64,000 bases of DNA from assembly GCA_032128875.1 (NCBI GenBank), contig JAVLKG010000006.1, positions 96,001-160,000 of the forward strand, read 5' to 3'. A program made the translations under genes and the position numbers. Origin of the DNA: Candidatus Melainabacteria bacterium 17Bon1m. GTDB taxonomy: Bacteria > Cyanobacteriota > Vampirovibrionia > Obscuribacterales > Obscuribacteraceae. Positions 8,916-18,661 of this stretch are shown piece after piece. Below the pieces are notes generated by a model, which was not told where the DNA came from, did no database searches, and saw nothing but the letters and a program-made list of their open reading frames with translations. Each line of letters starts with the position of its first letter. Position 1 is the stretch's first letter.

Positions 8916-10028
8916 GTGTCGGACAAATTCGAAGGCGATTACATCGAACAACATTCCACAGACATCGAGTCTTTGGAAATGGCATTTCGCTTCGCAACGA
9001 CAGCCTTGCCGCCGGAAAAGAAGAGCGGACTGGCCTACACAATTAGCATGTGGTCCAGGCCTTTTGTCCTCGCTCACCGCATTCCTGTATTCAAGCGCGT
9101 CTGGTTGTACGTGGCAATGATGGCTGTTTATGCCTTTGCCGTAGATTGGATCGCCGACCGGATGATAACGACCCACCTCTTCAAAGAATTCGGTTCTGTC
9201 TCCTCAATGGGGATCATCCTTGGTTTGCTCCTCGTTTTTCGGACCAACTCAGCCTATGAGAGATGGTGGGAAGGTCGAAAACTCTGGGGGCAACTCGTCA
9301 ACGATTCACGCAACATATGCTTGAAGATACGAGCTCTGGATACCATTGCCCCCAGTGAGAAAGTCCGCTTCGGGGAGTTGATTATCTCTTTCTCCTACGC
9401 GCTCAAGCATCACCTGCGCAATACCATCCCCAGCCGCCCGCTGCCTGGCGTTGGTCCTGTGTCCGATTCGGAAGTGAGAAATGTGCCGCTGCATGTCGCA
9501 GCAAAAATCTACGATCTGCTCTTGCAGTGGCGCCGAGATGGTCATGTAGACACGATTATGTCTATGCAATTGGACGGTCACGCGCTGCAATTGATGAACA
9601 TCCAGGGCTCATGCGAGCGGATTAAGAACAGCCCCATCGCCATCTCCTATCGCGCCTTTATGCGCCAAGGTATTGCGCTCAACTTGCTGGCGATGCCGTG
9701 GTATTTGTCGCAAGAATTTTCTATCTGGTGGCTGCTGCCCCTGATCATGATCAGTACATACTTCTTGATCGGTATCGAGCTTATTGCAGAAGACGTCGAA
9801 GATCCGTTCGGCTATGACGGCGATGACCTGCCCTTAGATAACATCTGCGCCGGCATCAAAGACACTGTCAGTCAGATTCTCAAAGTCAGAGACGACCGCA
9901 AGTTTACGCGCTCAATGGAGATGCCCCGTTTTGATTTGCTCAAATCGGACGGTCCAATACTAAATCCTAGAAGCTCAGGCACCAGCATGAAAGCTATGGA
10001 GCCTGGCAAAAAGCCTGACGCACAGTGA
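8916..10028 (+). CDS. Bestrophin-family (YneE/UPF0187) ion channel
   Basis: LLLVFRTNSAYERWWEGRKLWG, CERIKNSP and EDPFG..DDLPLD. Confidence 0.93.
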   Translation: MSDKFEGDYIEQHSTDIESLEMAFRFATTALPPEKKSGLAYTISMWSRPFVLAHRIPVFKRVWLYVAMMAVYAFAVDWIADRMITTHLFKEFGSVSSMGIILGLLLVFRTNSAYERWWEGRKLWGQLVNDSRNICLKIRALDTIAPSEKVRFGELIISFSYALKHHLRNTIPSRPLPGVGPVSDSEVRNVPLHVAAKIYDLLLQWRRDGHVDTIMSMQLDGHALQLMNIQGSCERIKNSPIAISYRAFMRQGIALNLLAMPWYLSQEFSIWWLLPLIMISTYFLIGIELIAEDVEDPFGYDGDDLPLDNICAGIKDTVSQILKVRDDRKFTRSMEMPRFDLLKSDGPILNPRSSGTSMKAMEPGKKPDAQ

Positions 10029-10037
10029 TGTGCAGTC

Positions 10038-10721
10038 CTATTCTTCTTTCTTGTCCGGGTCGACTTCCTGGACAATTAGTTTTGGCGTGTTGGCGCCCAT
10101 CTGCGCTTTCAATGCCATCAGCTCAACGTCCACATCCATCTGCTTTTCGGCGTTCTTGAACTTATCGTCTTGGGCCATTTCTGTAAGCGCTTCGCCGCGC
10201 GCTTCTTTCATGCGGATCTTCTCTTCAATTGCATCCATGCTCTTTCCCGATGCACTGGACATCATGTCTTGAGCGTTTGCCACGGCATCGCCGGCTTTGG
10301 CGCGTGCGACCAGACTTTTCTGCTTGATTCTATATTCGCGCAGTTTTTCTTCAATCTCTGCGTACCGCTGCTTGAGCGACTCTTTTGATGTTTTGGCTTC
10401 GTCCAGTTGAGCCTGCAGCGCTTTGCCGTTTGCTTCCAACTCGATTTTTTTTGAAAGGCATTGTTTGGCGACGTCGTCATTGTCTTGAGAAACCGCAACA
10501 GCCGCGCGCTTTACCCACTGTTCTAAATCTTGCTGATTCTTCTCTTGCTGTTTTTGCAGCATCTTTTCTCGCGTTATGGCTTCCGTCGTCGCTTCCTTGA
10601 GCTGCTTCAGGAGATTCTCCAGCTCAGTTTCTCCCATCTGGGCAAGAATTTCAGGCGTTTCGAGCTTTGACACACCCTTGTCCAGCATCCCTTTCATTAC
10701 ATTTTTGAGTCGGTCAAACAT
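10038..10721 (-). CDS. pspA: PspA/IM30 family protein (bacterial ESCRT-III-like)
   Basis: MFDRL..MKG amphipathic start, E.PE, long coiled coil, A..A...DDVAKQCL, LVARAK, C-terminal VELMALKAQM. Confidence 0.85.
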   Translation of the reverse strand: MFDRLKNVMKGMLDKGVSKLETPEILAQMGETELENLLKQLKEATTEAITREKMLQKQQEKNQQDLEQWVKRAAVAVSQDNDDVAKQCLSKKIELEANGKALQAQLDEAKTSKESLKQRYAEIEEKLREYRIKQKSLVARAKAGDAVANAQDMMSSASGKSMDAIEEKIRMKEARGEALTEMAQDDKFKNAEKQMDVDVELMALKAQMGANTPKLIVQEVDPDKKEE

Positions 10722-10743
10722 CGCCTTCTCCTTTAAGTACTAG

Positions 10744-11841
10744 CTAGTCTATGCCCAGGAATTCCCGAATGAGACCGTGGAAGTGATGTACCCCGCCCTC
10801 GTGTTTTGGCGAATAGCGCCCACTATCGTAAAACCGCGAAGACATGCCGCGCTGTACTTTTTCAACTATGTCTTCGTCTTCTCGTTCAACTTTATCTAGT
10901 GCGGCTCCTGCGCCCGTCGCGATCTTCGACTCGTCATATACATATGTGAGAAAAGAAACTTTTGATCTGTCCACCGCCAGTGGTGTCACCACATTGATGG
11001 ACAAGCCCCACGGATAGAAGTTGAACATCATGTTGGGAAAGAGAAAATAATAGTAGGCGGCGATGTTCCGACCATGATCGGGTGAGTCTTTCGGGATGTC
11101 TTCAAACCCTTCTCCGCTGGTCGATGAAACACCGATTTGCAAACTTGCAAAATCGAAGATTTCGTTTGAATAGTCTTTTACATCAAGCGCCGCCGCCAGA
11201 TCCGGATGGACATAGGGTATGTGAAAACCTTCCAAATAATTGTCTACATAGAGCGCCCAGTTGGCGCGGACAATATAATCTCGCGATCTCGACGGGCTGA
11301 AAACATACTCTTCAACAGGCAGAAAGTCGACCCTATCGCTCATTGGTTGAGTCAAATCGCTGAGTGCAAAGAGTGGCGTGTCAGTAGTCGGAGCCGCAAA
11401 GAGAAACTTTCTCCAACTGGCAAATGGAACCGACTGCAAATGATCGGACTCGGCAGGGAAATCGGCGACTCCTTCAAAACCAGGCGCAGTGACCATCTGA
11501 CCGTCCAGCGCAAAGCGCCGACCGTGATATCTGCAGCGCAAAGATTGCGCGTGGCATTCTCCTTCGACAAGAAGATTGCCCCTGTGAGTGCACACATTGG
11601 AAAGACAATGCAGTTGATCGTCTGCATCACGTGTCATGATGATGGGCTCGTTTAGAAAACCGTCCATGACTGAATGCGGCACCACTTGTCCGGGCGCCTT
11701 CAGGCGATCTACATCAGTGACTAGTTGCCAGCTGCGAGCGAAAATCATCTCTTTCATCTCTTCCAGCAAGCTGGCATCTTTGTAGAACATGGACGGTAAA
11801 GTCCGCATATTGCCTATGTTGTCGCCATTGCCCCCAGTCAT
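10744..11841 (-). CDS. Rieske non-heme iron oxygenase alpha subunit, choline monooxygenase-like
   Basis: Rieske ligands CTHRG and CRYHG; mononuclear Fe motif NYLEGFHIPYVH and ED.DI. Start MTGGNG (11841) overlaps the upstream stop. Confidence 0.9.
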   Translation of the reverse strand: MTGGNGDNIGNMRTLPSMFYKDASLLEEMKEMIFARSWQLVTDVDRLKAPGQVVPHSVMDGFLNEPIIMTRDADDQLHCLSNVCTHRGNLLVEGECHAQSLRCRYHGRRFALDGQMVTAPGFEGVADFPAESDHLQSVPFASWRKFLFAAPTTDTPLFALSDLTQPMSDRVDFLPVEEYVFSPSRSRDYIVRANWALYVDNYLEGFHIPYVHPDLAAALDVKDYSNEIFDFASLQIGVSSTSGEGFEDIPKDSPDHGRNIAAYYYFLFPNMMFNFYPWGLSINVVTPLAVDRSKVSFLTYVYDESKIATGAGAALDKVEREDEDIVEKVQRGMSSRFYDSGRYSPKHEGGVHHFHGLIREFLGID

Positions 11842-12323
11842 TTTTTCTTTTCTCCGCTCTTGATTTCGGGAGCCAATTTCACTTCTTGTATTTTGATGAG
11901 ATTGCATCCGCCCTTGCGTGCGATCCAGCCTTTTACCACGACACGCTTGGCTACAAACGGCAGTAACAAGTCCTTGCAGCCGGTGTACCCTTTGTGTTTT
12001 GCTGCAATGAAAAGCTCACCTGTCTTTTCGTCTAGAATGCCTGCGGACACGCCACCATGAATACATGCAAGCGCACACGCTTTATGTTTTTCTCCGCGTC
12101 CTGGTCCCATCACTTGTGACGCGTAGCACCAGGCATCAACGACTTCTCCTGTCATTTCCACCTTCTTGGTGGCTGGTATCAATCGTTGTTTGTCAACGGG
12201 AATTTCACTCTGCGGTTTCAGTCTCTCTGCAAGAGTTGGTTGGAGGGGAGCAAGAAAACACGCGAAAAAAAATAGCAGTGCAAGAAGTTTCAAGCTAGCG
12301 CCCCTCACCATATTCGGTGTCAC
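11838..12323 (-). CDS. Exported hypothetical protein with a Cys/His motif
   Basis: Signal-like N-terminus; GEVVDAWCY...HKACALACIHGG; 4-bp overlaps with both neighbours. Confidence 0.75.
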   Translation of the reverse strand: MTPNMVRGASLKLLALLFFFACFLAPLQPTLAERLKPQSEIPVDKQRLIPATKKVEMTGEVVDAWCYASQVMGPGRGEKHKACALACIHGGVSAGILDEKTGELFIAAKHKGYTGCKDLLLPFVAKRVVVKGWIARKGGCNLIKIQEVKLAPEIKSGEKKK

Positions 12324-13630
12324 CTCGTGGCGTCGGCAGAGGCAGTTGCTTCAGGCTCAGTTGCCGGCTCCACTTTCTTTGGCGGTTTGAGCATGTCTTT
12401 CAGTTTCCACGACCAGTCTTTGTCGCGCTTGGCGAGCTTATCGGAAAGACTGTATAGTGCCATCGAAATTTCTTGATCTTTCATTCGGAATGCATGTGCC
12501 TTTTGGTAGCACTGCAGCGCCTGTTGATAGTCCTTGGCGTAAATCTCGTAGTCTTTACCCAGTCTGTACCAACCGCGACCGAAAGCTGGCTCTTCTTGCA
12601 GTCCTCGCTTGTACTGTTCCATAGCCAGTCGATGCATGTTGACGCCGTCGAGAACATCACCGAGCGCAAAGAAAAACGCACCGGGCGGGTGCTTTCCTAT
12701 TTTGATGGTGGCAGACTTTATGGCCATCTCGATGTCATCCGGTTTTGTGTGGCGGAAAACTTCAATGAGGCGCGACTTCTCTTTTGGATTATTGGAATCG
12801 AGCGAAGCTGTTGCACCAAGTGCAAGGATGGAAGGCTCTAATGCAATTTTCCATTTGCCTGCCCAAACTGCGCATGCCGCCAGGTTTTCAGCAAGACCCT
12901 GTTTGAAAGGCTGTTGTTCGTAGGCCTTGCTGAGAGGACCGATTGATTGTTCAAATTTGCCGGTGCTCGCCAGTGCCAATCCATAGATTCTGTTGGCCAT
13001 AGCGTAGTTGGGATCTTTGGCAAGATCCGCTTGTGCTAAGACTTTTGCCTGAGCGAAATCGCCTTCCAGCAGTTTGATTTCAGCAAATGCAGAAGGCAAT
13101 CCGAGAATTGGTTTTTTCTGACTCATCGCCAAAATGTAGGCGGTTTTTGCTTCTTCCCAGCGACCTTTCGACTGAAGGAAGTTGCCGCTCCAGAAGAGCA
13201 CTTCGGGGTCGTTGGGAAACTTTTTCTTTGCCTCACCGATCAGTCCCATTGCCGAGGGCACCTGACCCATTTTGATTTGTGCCTTTACCAATTCGACAAA
13301 TGTCTTTGGTTCGCTCGGTCCGAATTTCGTCGCTAACTTGAATTCTTCAAGAGCCTGTTCTGGCAAGCCCAGCTTGTCATAACAGTTGCCCAGATAAAGA
13401 TGCGCCCTGTAATTGTTGGGTTCTCTTTGAATTATTTCGTCCAACTGCGCGTAGACATCTTCGCCTAATTCGTCTTTCTCGATGCGTTTTTCAATATTAT
13501 CGAGTTGTGTTTTTGAACTTGCTGCAGGTGACGCAGCGCCGGCACTGAGGCTCAATTGAGGCTGAATGCTGATTAGAGCAGAAACTAACGGCACCACAAA
13601 CGAGCAAAAAATCGAACGTCTTTTTGTCAC
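12320..13630 (-). CDS. TPR-repeat protein with a signal peptide
   Basis: Repeats such as AHLYLGNCYDKLGLPEQALEEFKLA and GWYRLGKDY...ALQCYQKA. Confidence 0.85.
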   Translation of the reverse strand: MTKRRSIFCSFVVPLVSALISIQPQLSLSAGAASPAASSKTQLDNIEKRIEKDELGEDVYAQLDEIIQREPNNYRAHLYLGNCYDKLGLPEQALEEFKLATKFGPSEPKTFVELVKAQIKMGQVPSAMGLIGEAKKKFPNDPEVLFWSGNFLQSKGRWEEAKTAYILAMSQKKPILGLPSAFAEIKLLEGDFAQAKVLAQADLAKDPNYAMANRIYGLALASTGKFEQSIGPLSKAYEQQPFKQGLAENLAACAVWAGKWKIALEPSILALGATASLDSNNPKEKSRLIEVFRHTKPDDIEMAIKSATIKIGKHPPGAFFFALGDVLDGVNMHRLAMEQYKRGLQEEPAFGRGWYRLGKDYEIYAKDYQQALQCYQKAHAFRMKDQEISMALYSLSDKLAKRDKDWSWKLKDMLKPPKKVEPATEPEATASADATR

Positions 13631-13634
13631 TCAA

Positions 13635-14153
13635 TCAAATCCCGAATTTGTAGGAGAGCACAACCAGTGTTCGGAAGCCAGGCTGTTTTGAGGGCGAGAT
13701 ACGCACCGTAAAAGTATTGTTGTCCTTGGCTGCCGAGACGTACTTGTCAGTCGGATTGGAAGTAAGCAATTGCCAACGGTACGTCTTCAATGCTGATTTA
13801 TACCACTCAAGCACTTCATTTTCGTCTTCTCTGACCCCAATAGTCATGCCAATTCTGACGCCGGAGCGGTCTCTTGGATACCTGAGTCCGGAGATGAAAA
13901 CAGCATGTCCAGTGTAATTGGGCACGTTGGGAAGTTCTACAATTCCGGTCAACTTGTCCGGTTTGAACTCGTCCGGTGCATGTTGAGTGGATGTATTCGG
14001 ACGGCTCAGGTTGGGCAGCTGATAACCGCCGATCTTGCCAGTGGTGGTGGAATTCTGTTGAGCAAGGACCGGATTTTCCATTGCAAGCCCGCTAGCGGCA
14101 GACAGGCAGATAATCGTGCCTGCGACTAACTTGGACCATTCAATCTTGAACAT
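13635..14153 (-). CDS. Exported hypothetical protein
   Basis: Signal peptide-like N-terminus, GAGG-type RBS, first gene of a tightly spaced minus-strand run. Confidence 0.7.
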   Translation of the reverse strand: MFKIEWSKLVAGTIICLSAASGLAMENPVLAQQNSTTTGKIGGYQLPNLSRPNTSTQHAPDEFKPDKLTGIVELPNVPNYTGHAVFISGLRYPRDRSGVRIGMTIGVREDENEVLEWYKSALKTYRWQLLTSNPTDKYVSAAKDNNTFTVRISPSKQPGFRTLVVLSYKFGI

Positions 14154-14187
14154 TTTTCCTGAAGCCTCGCCAAATTACGCCTTTTGC

Positions 14188-14233
14188 TTTTGTGCGCCGG
14201 CTGGCGGCAAGAACCCAGCTGCGGCGCACAAAA
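14188..14233. terminator. Long hairpin after the TadG-like gene (terminator or processing/stability element)
   Basis: ttttgtgcgccg...cggcgcacaaaa 12-bp arms enclosing an inner gctgg/ccagc pair. Confidence 0.55.
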
Positions 14234-14264
14234 TATAGGTTACCTCGTTTTGGGTTATTCCTGC

Positions 14265-16373
14265 TTAGCAGGGGCAATCCCACGGGTCAGTTGTTGCATT
14301 TACGCAGTTTCTGAAGCGCAGTACGCCTTGCAAGCAGTTGAAACCGGAGGAACGTTGCCAGAGCAGGTCAGACCTGGTTTGGTCTGGACCGGAACCGAAG
14401 CAGTCCCACGGACTCGGATAGCCTTGCTCGCCTTCGATGTTGACGAAGTTGCGATTGCCTGTGATGTTGCCGGTGCTGGCTGTTGTGCCCGTACCATCGG
14501 GAATAACGGCGTCACCGCTGATCCACGAAGGCAGCGAGCCTTTTGCCGTGAAGCGCAACTGGCGGCTGTCATCCATCCAGATATAACGCACTTGTCCCAT
14601 TGGCATCGATGCGCTCTCAAGGAATGAATTGATTTCGCTGTCCGACATCTCCGGTTTGATTTGTCTGATCTTCAAGAAGACCTGACTGGAGATGATATTG
14701 GCCAGCGGTGATGAGGGACTGTAGCTCTGGAAGCTTCTGATCAGTTTGCCTACAGTCGGAGCTTGCCCGAATGCAATTGGCTCGTTTGCGGTAATGCCGC
14801 CCAGAGGGAAGACTTTCATACCGGTGCAAACGTTTTCCATTCCGCTGACGATAGCTGGTCCACCACCCGGACGCGGGTTGATGACTTGTGCTTTGTATTT
14901 CTCGATCGCCATCAGTCCGTTGAGGCTGTTGCCGCTAGAACCATTTGGCAGTGTAAATCCGTAAGTCGTGGCCATTTGCTGCAAATTATTGAAGCAATTG
15001 GGATCGGCTTGTGGCGCGGTCGGAGTGGAGTTGTAATTGTCGCAGCTGGAAATCGGCACGCCCTGTGCCGGAATGCTGTCGGCTGCCGTTTGTTTTGGTG
15101 CCGGTCCGTCGAGCTTGTCGACCATTTGCTGCGGAACTGGATCGCTTGGATGGTCTTGTTTGAACTTTTGAATATCCAGGATGTCGTTGAGGTTGGTATC
15201 CATCGCCTTTCCACCTGGCGTTACGAATACCGGCTGGTTCATCAAAAGGTCGCTGAAGATATCGTTAGGTCCGCCGCCGTATGCCTGATCTGTCATACCG
15301 GCTGCCGGTCCTACGAAGTTGACTGGACCTGAAGGAATCGGGCCGTCTCCGTTGGCTACAACGATGTAGCCGCATGGAATCGATGCTGAATATTGTCCGG
15401 TCAAGTCGACACTACCGACGATGGCACAGGATCTTGCTGCCGTGCGGTCTCTCGTCTTGAGCTCCTGAGAGCTGCCGGCCGAGTGGAACGCGTTTGGCGG
15501 AACGCGTGTGTCAACTTGGTTGCCGCCACGCAATGGCGAAATCGAATTGTCCTTGAAGTCTGGAACGTTGACCAAGTGCGGCTTTTCCAGAGGACGCAGA
15601 GGCACGCCCATGAGTGGGTGGGAGTCTGACGTAATCCCCGGAACATTGATAAGCGAATATCCCTTTACGTAAGTATGGGACTGTTTGTTGACAGTGTTGT
15701 CGCTCAGGAAGCCTGGGGAAATGAATTGCGTATACTCAGTGGGCAAGACCATTTGACCGATCGTCAAATTGGTGCCGAAATTGCGAGCCATGTATGAGAT
15801 GTCTTTTTGTCCACTCACAGCAGTGGCATTGTTGCCGCCTGGATTGAGCATCTTCATTGGGGTTATCGAAGCAATCTGGCTGAAGCTGATGTCCTGTTGA
15901 ACGTCGTTTTTCAGCTTTTCAGCAAGTGTTACTGCAATACCATCATTAGGGTCGGTAAGAGAGTTGATCAGCGTTTTTGCATTGGCTATACCAGAAGGAG
16001 AAGGGTCGCCAAAGCCGTAGTTGTCTGAAATCGCGTTGACTGAAACGAGCAAGGCTTGTCCGACTGCTCTGTTGTAGGTAAGAAGATCAAGTTCGCCGTG
16101 AACCGGGTCTTTTGCCTGCATAAAGTTGTTTTTGGCAATCGTATGAATCGGATCGTTGAGATCGGAGGCGCCGTTGCCGAAGATGCGCAGGAATGGTCGC
16201 CGCATACTTTGTTTGGCGACGTTTAGGTTGCCTGCGTCAGTTGCGTGTTGCAGCTCTCTGCCGCCACCAAGCATTTTGACAAGGAAGAAGAAACCTAAAC
16301 CGATCACAATGATAAACAGCAGCAATGCTGCAATCAAAGCGAGAGTGGCTCCCCTACTGCGATTTCTGGTCAT
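14265..16373 (-). CDS. Large TadG/PilX-like pseudopilin or adhesin
   Basis: Basic leader MTRNRSRG|ATLALIAALLLFIIVIGLGFFF, then RELQHATDAGNLNVAK (Tad-type LQ.A.DAA.L motif), followed by a ~650-aa polar, Cys-containing extracellular domain. Confidence 0.7.
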   Translation of the reverse strand: MTRNRSRGATLALIAALLLFIIVIGLGFFFLVKMLGGGRELQHATDAGNLNVAKQSMRRPFLRIFGNGASDLNDPIHTIAKNNFMQAKDPVHGELDLLTYNRAVGQALLVSVNAISDNYGFGDPSPSGIANAKTLINSLTDPNDGIAVTLAEKLKNDVQQDISFSQIASITPMKMLNPGGNNATAVSGQKDISYMARNFGTNLTIGQMVLPTEYTQFISPGFLSDNTVNKQSHTYVKGYSLINVPGITSDSHPLMGVPLRPLEKPHLVNVPDFKDNSISPLRGGNQVDTRVPPNAFHSAGSSQELKTRDRTAARSCAIVGSVDLTGQYSASIPCGYIVVANGDGPIPSGPVNFVGPAAGMTDQAYGGGPNDIFSDLLMNQPVFVTPGGKAMDTNLNDILDIQKFKQDHPSDPVPQQMVDKLDGPAPKQTAADSIPAQGVPISSCDNYNSTPTAPQADPNCFNNLQQMATTYGFTLPNGSSGNSLNGLMAIEKYKAQVINPRPGGGPAIVSGMENVCTGMKVFPLGGITANEPIAFGQAPTVGKLIRSFQSYSPSSPLANIISSQVFLKIRQIKPEMSDSEINSFLESASMPMGQVRYIWMDDSRQLRFTAKGSLPSWISGDAVIPDGTGTTASTGNITGNRNFVNIEGEQGYPSPWDCFGSGPDQTRSDLLWQRSSGFNCLQGVLRFRNCVNATTDPWDCPC

Positions 16374-16930
16374 TTGTACTAATCCCCGATCTGATTTTAT
16401 AGATTGAACAAGGGCATTTGCCATCGAGCGTAGTCTCAAATTCGTTGCTAACGATTTAAGCCGTAATCGGCTCGGGCAGTGAAATTTGATGGATATCAGA
16501 AGATATCAAACCATGTGAACATAGCAACGCTAGTACCAAACCGCGATCAATTGCGGAAAGTAAACTGGAAACATCCCTAAGATTAAGGATGTCTCATTAT
16601 GCGCTTTTAATAATCGGAAGTCAAGCCTGGTGCCCGATTCAGTGGGGAAAACACGATTTTGGGCTAATCGACAGAGCCTGTTTGCTGTTTACAGAAGGCT
16701 ATATGCAAGGGATATGAAACTGAAATGCAGAAAAACGTTGTACTTGGCGTGAAAGGCGCCAAACATTAGGCGCTGGATAGGCTTAAGTATTAGCAGTACC
16801 TTATCAAAACAATTATATTTTGCTAATAGTTTGCCTTAAAGCCTACGGTATGGGTACATACGAAAAAGAGGCGTTATTTTAATAACGAAATCTGCCACTG
16901 ACGCCCCATTTGACCGAACGGAGTAGCGCG

Positions 16931-17392
16931 ATGAAATACCGTGCAAGAGGACGGAAGTCCAGCGGACATGAGTTTGCGGAATTTGCTCCTGCACTGTTCA
17001 TTTTGCTCGTCTGCATCGTTCCTCCTATGTTGGATTTGCTCTACCTCGGTATTGCTTACGCATCTGGTTGGTACCTCAACCATTTGGAAACTCGAGAAGC
17101 AGCTTGTGCACCACCCAGCCGAGTTAGTGATGCGCTCGCCCGGGCACGAATTGCATGGGAAGCCAGCACTCTGGCAAAATTCACAAAGGGGCGTGAAGTC
17201 TCAGCCGTGCCGAACCCCAAAGACGTGAATCCCACCGATAATTTTTCTCCGGATACGATCCAGGTCACCACCCAAGTTCAAGTCGCACCATTCTTGCAAA
17301 TCCCATTCATGGGAAGCATTCCGGGAATCGGCGCTCCGATTATCTTCAGTTTTACATCGGAAAGAACCCAGGAAGAACGCGGCATCAACTAA
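16931..17392 (+). CDS. TadE-like minor pseudopilin
   Basis: RKSSG|HEFAEFAPALFILLV (G-1, E+5), TM segment, REAA motif; GGAG RBS. Confidence 0.75.
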   Translation: MKYRARGRKSSGHEFAEFAPALFILLVCIVPPMLDLLYLGIAYASGWYLNHLETREAACAPPSRVSDALARARIAWEASTLAKFTKGREVSAVPNPKDVNPTDNFSPDTIQVTTQVQVAPFLQIPFMGSIPGIGAPIIFSFTSERTQEERGIN

Positions 17393-17434
17393 TATTCGAT
17401 GACACATACGCACCCCACGGAGGGGGACGCAGCA

Positions 17435-17836
17435 ATGAAAACATCAGCCAGACGGAAAAGAGGAACAAGTATTGTCGAGACTGCGGCAGGACTTTTCATC
17501 ATCATCCCCATAGTTCTCTTCCTGTTCGACGTGGCTGCTTGTGTCCTTGCACAGACGGCGAATGACTCAATGTGTAAGAGTGCCGCCAGAGCAGCTGCCG
17601 AAACCGATGATCCAGGCAAAGCACAGGCTGCGGCTCAGTCTGCCATAGACAACTTTCCTGCTGCCGGATACATCAAGTCAAAACGCCTGGCCAAGCCGGT
17701 TGCTTATGACCCGAATTCTTCAGTAACTGTAGTCACCGAGATTGTCTGTCAATTCCCGGTTCCGATTCCCTTCGGCGGGCCAGACAAGATGAATTTCGTG
17801 ACCGATATGACTGAGCCAGTCGTCGGAAAACTCTAA
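17435..17836 (+). CDS. TadE-like minor pseudopilin
   Basis: RRKRG|TSIVETAAGLFIIIPIVLFLFD (G-1, E+5) and SAARAAA motif; GGAGGGGG RBS. Confidence 0.8.
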   Translation: MKTSARRKRGTSIVETAAGLFIIIPIVLFLFDVAACVLAQTANDSMCKSAARAAAETDDPGKAQAAAQSAIDNFPAAGYIKSKRLAKPVAYDPNSSVTVVTEIVCQFPVPIPFGGPDKMNFVTDMTEPVVGKL

Positions 17837-17943
17837 TCGAGTTTCAATCACCGCGCAATTCGCTTCGGCCTTGGCTCGGCTTCTGCTTCTGCTTCGGCTT
17901 CGAGTCCCTCATCCGGCGCGTTTATAGCTCTGTATTCTATTGG

Positions 17944-18429
17944 CTATCCGTCGCTGGCATTTTTGGCGGAAGTTTTTCGAATTCCATATAAAGGTATGAG
18001 AATGGACGGTACTTTGCTGATGGCATTGTCTATCTGCTGCTCGACTCTCACATCTTTGTCTTGAGCCAGCACTGTTTCCAGAAGCTTGTTCTTGGATACT
18101 TTGCTCGAGTCATAGACAATTACGCCACCATACGGCTTTCTGAGCATTACAGCTACTTTGACTACGCCGGGCAGTGTCTTCATCGTGCGCTGAATTTTCA
18201 TCAGGCACACGGCGCAGCTTTTGCCTACCACTCTAAAATCCAGACGCCTTAAGGCTTTAGCATTGTAAGAAGCGGGTTTTGCGGCTTCGCTTGTCTGAAT
18301 CATGGCAGGCTTGCCGGGCTTTGTCTCCGGTTTTGATGTGTTTTCAGCCTGTGCCGATGACCCGATTGCAAGAGCTAAACCAGCTATGACTACTGCACTT
18401 GCAGTGAAGCGCGAACTTCTTGATGACAC
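17944..18429 (-). CDS. Exported heavy-metal-associated (HMA) domain protein, MerP/CopZ-like
   Basis: Signal peptide; FRVVGKSCAVC..KIQ..MKTLPGV...V.YD; GGAGGG RBS. Confidence 0.8.
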   Translation of the reverse strand: MSSRSSRFTASAVVIAGLALAIGSSAQAENTSKPETKPGKPAMIQTSEAAKPASYNAKALRRLDFRVVGKSCAVCLMKIQRTMKTLPGVVKVAVMLRKPYGGVIVYDSSKVSKNKLLETVLAQDKDVRVEQQIDNAISKVPSILIPLYGIRKTSAKNASDG

Positions 18430-18661
18430 GTGACACCCTCCACAAAGAACCGCACTAACGACCTACCCGTGATTTTCCAGTTTATCTCATTGCCTGATTC
18501 TTGGTCGTGCCTCACAGCCAGTCTGCCATGCACTGTATGTAGTGGCGAAGAGCGGGCGCCTGATTAGGGATTTGCCTCCTTTATTTTGGTTAAGAATTGC
18601 AGTAAGAAGAGCGTCTAGCGTATATCCTCTGTGCATATCGGCTCGCAAAGAGGTGTTGCCC

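Noticed and set aside
10038-10721. Vipp1 (thylakoid) call
   Set aside because: At 227 aa it lacks a clear extra C-terminal helix, and there are no photosynthesis genes nearby, so it is called PspA/IM30.
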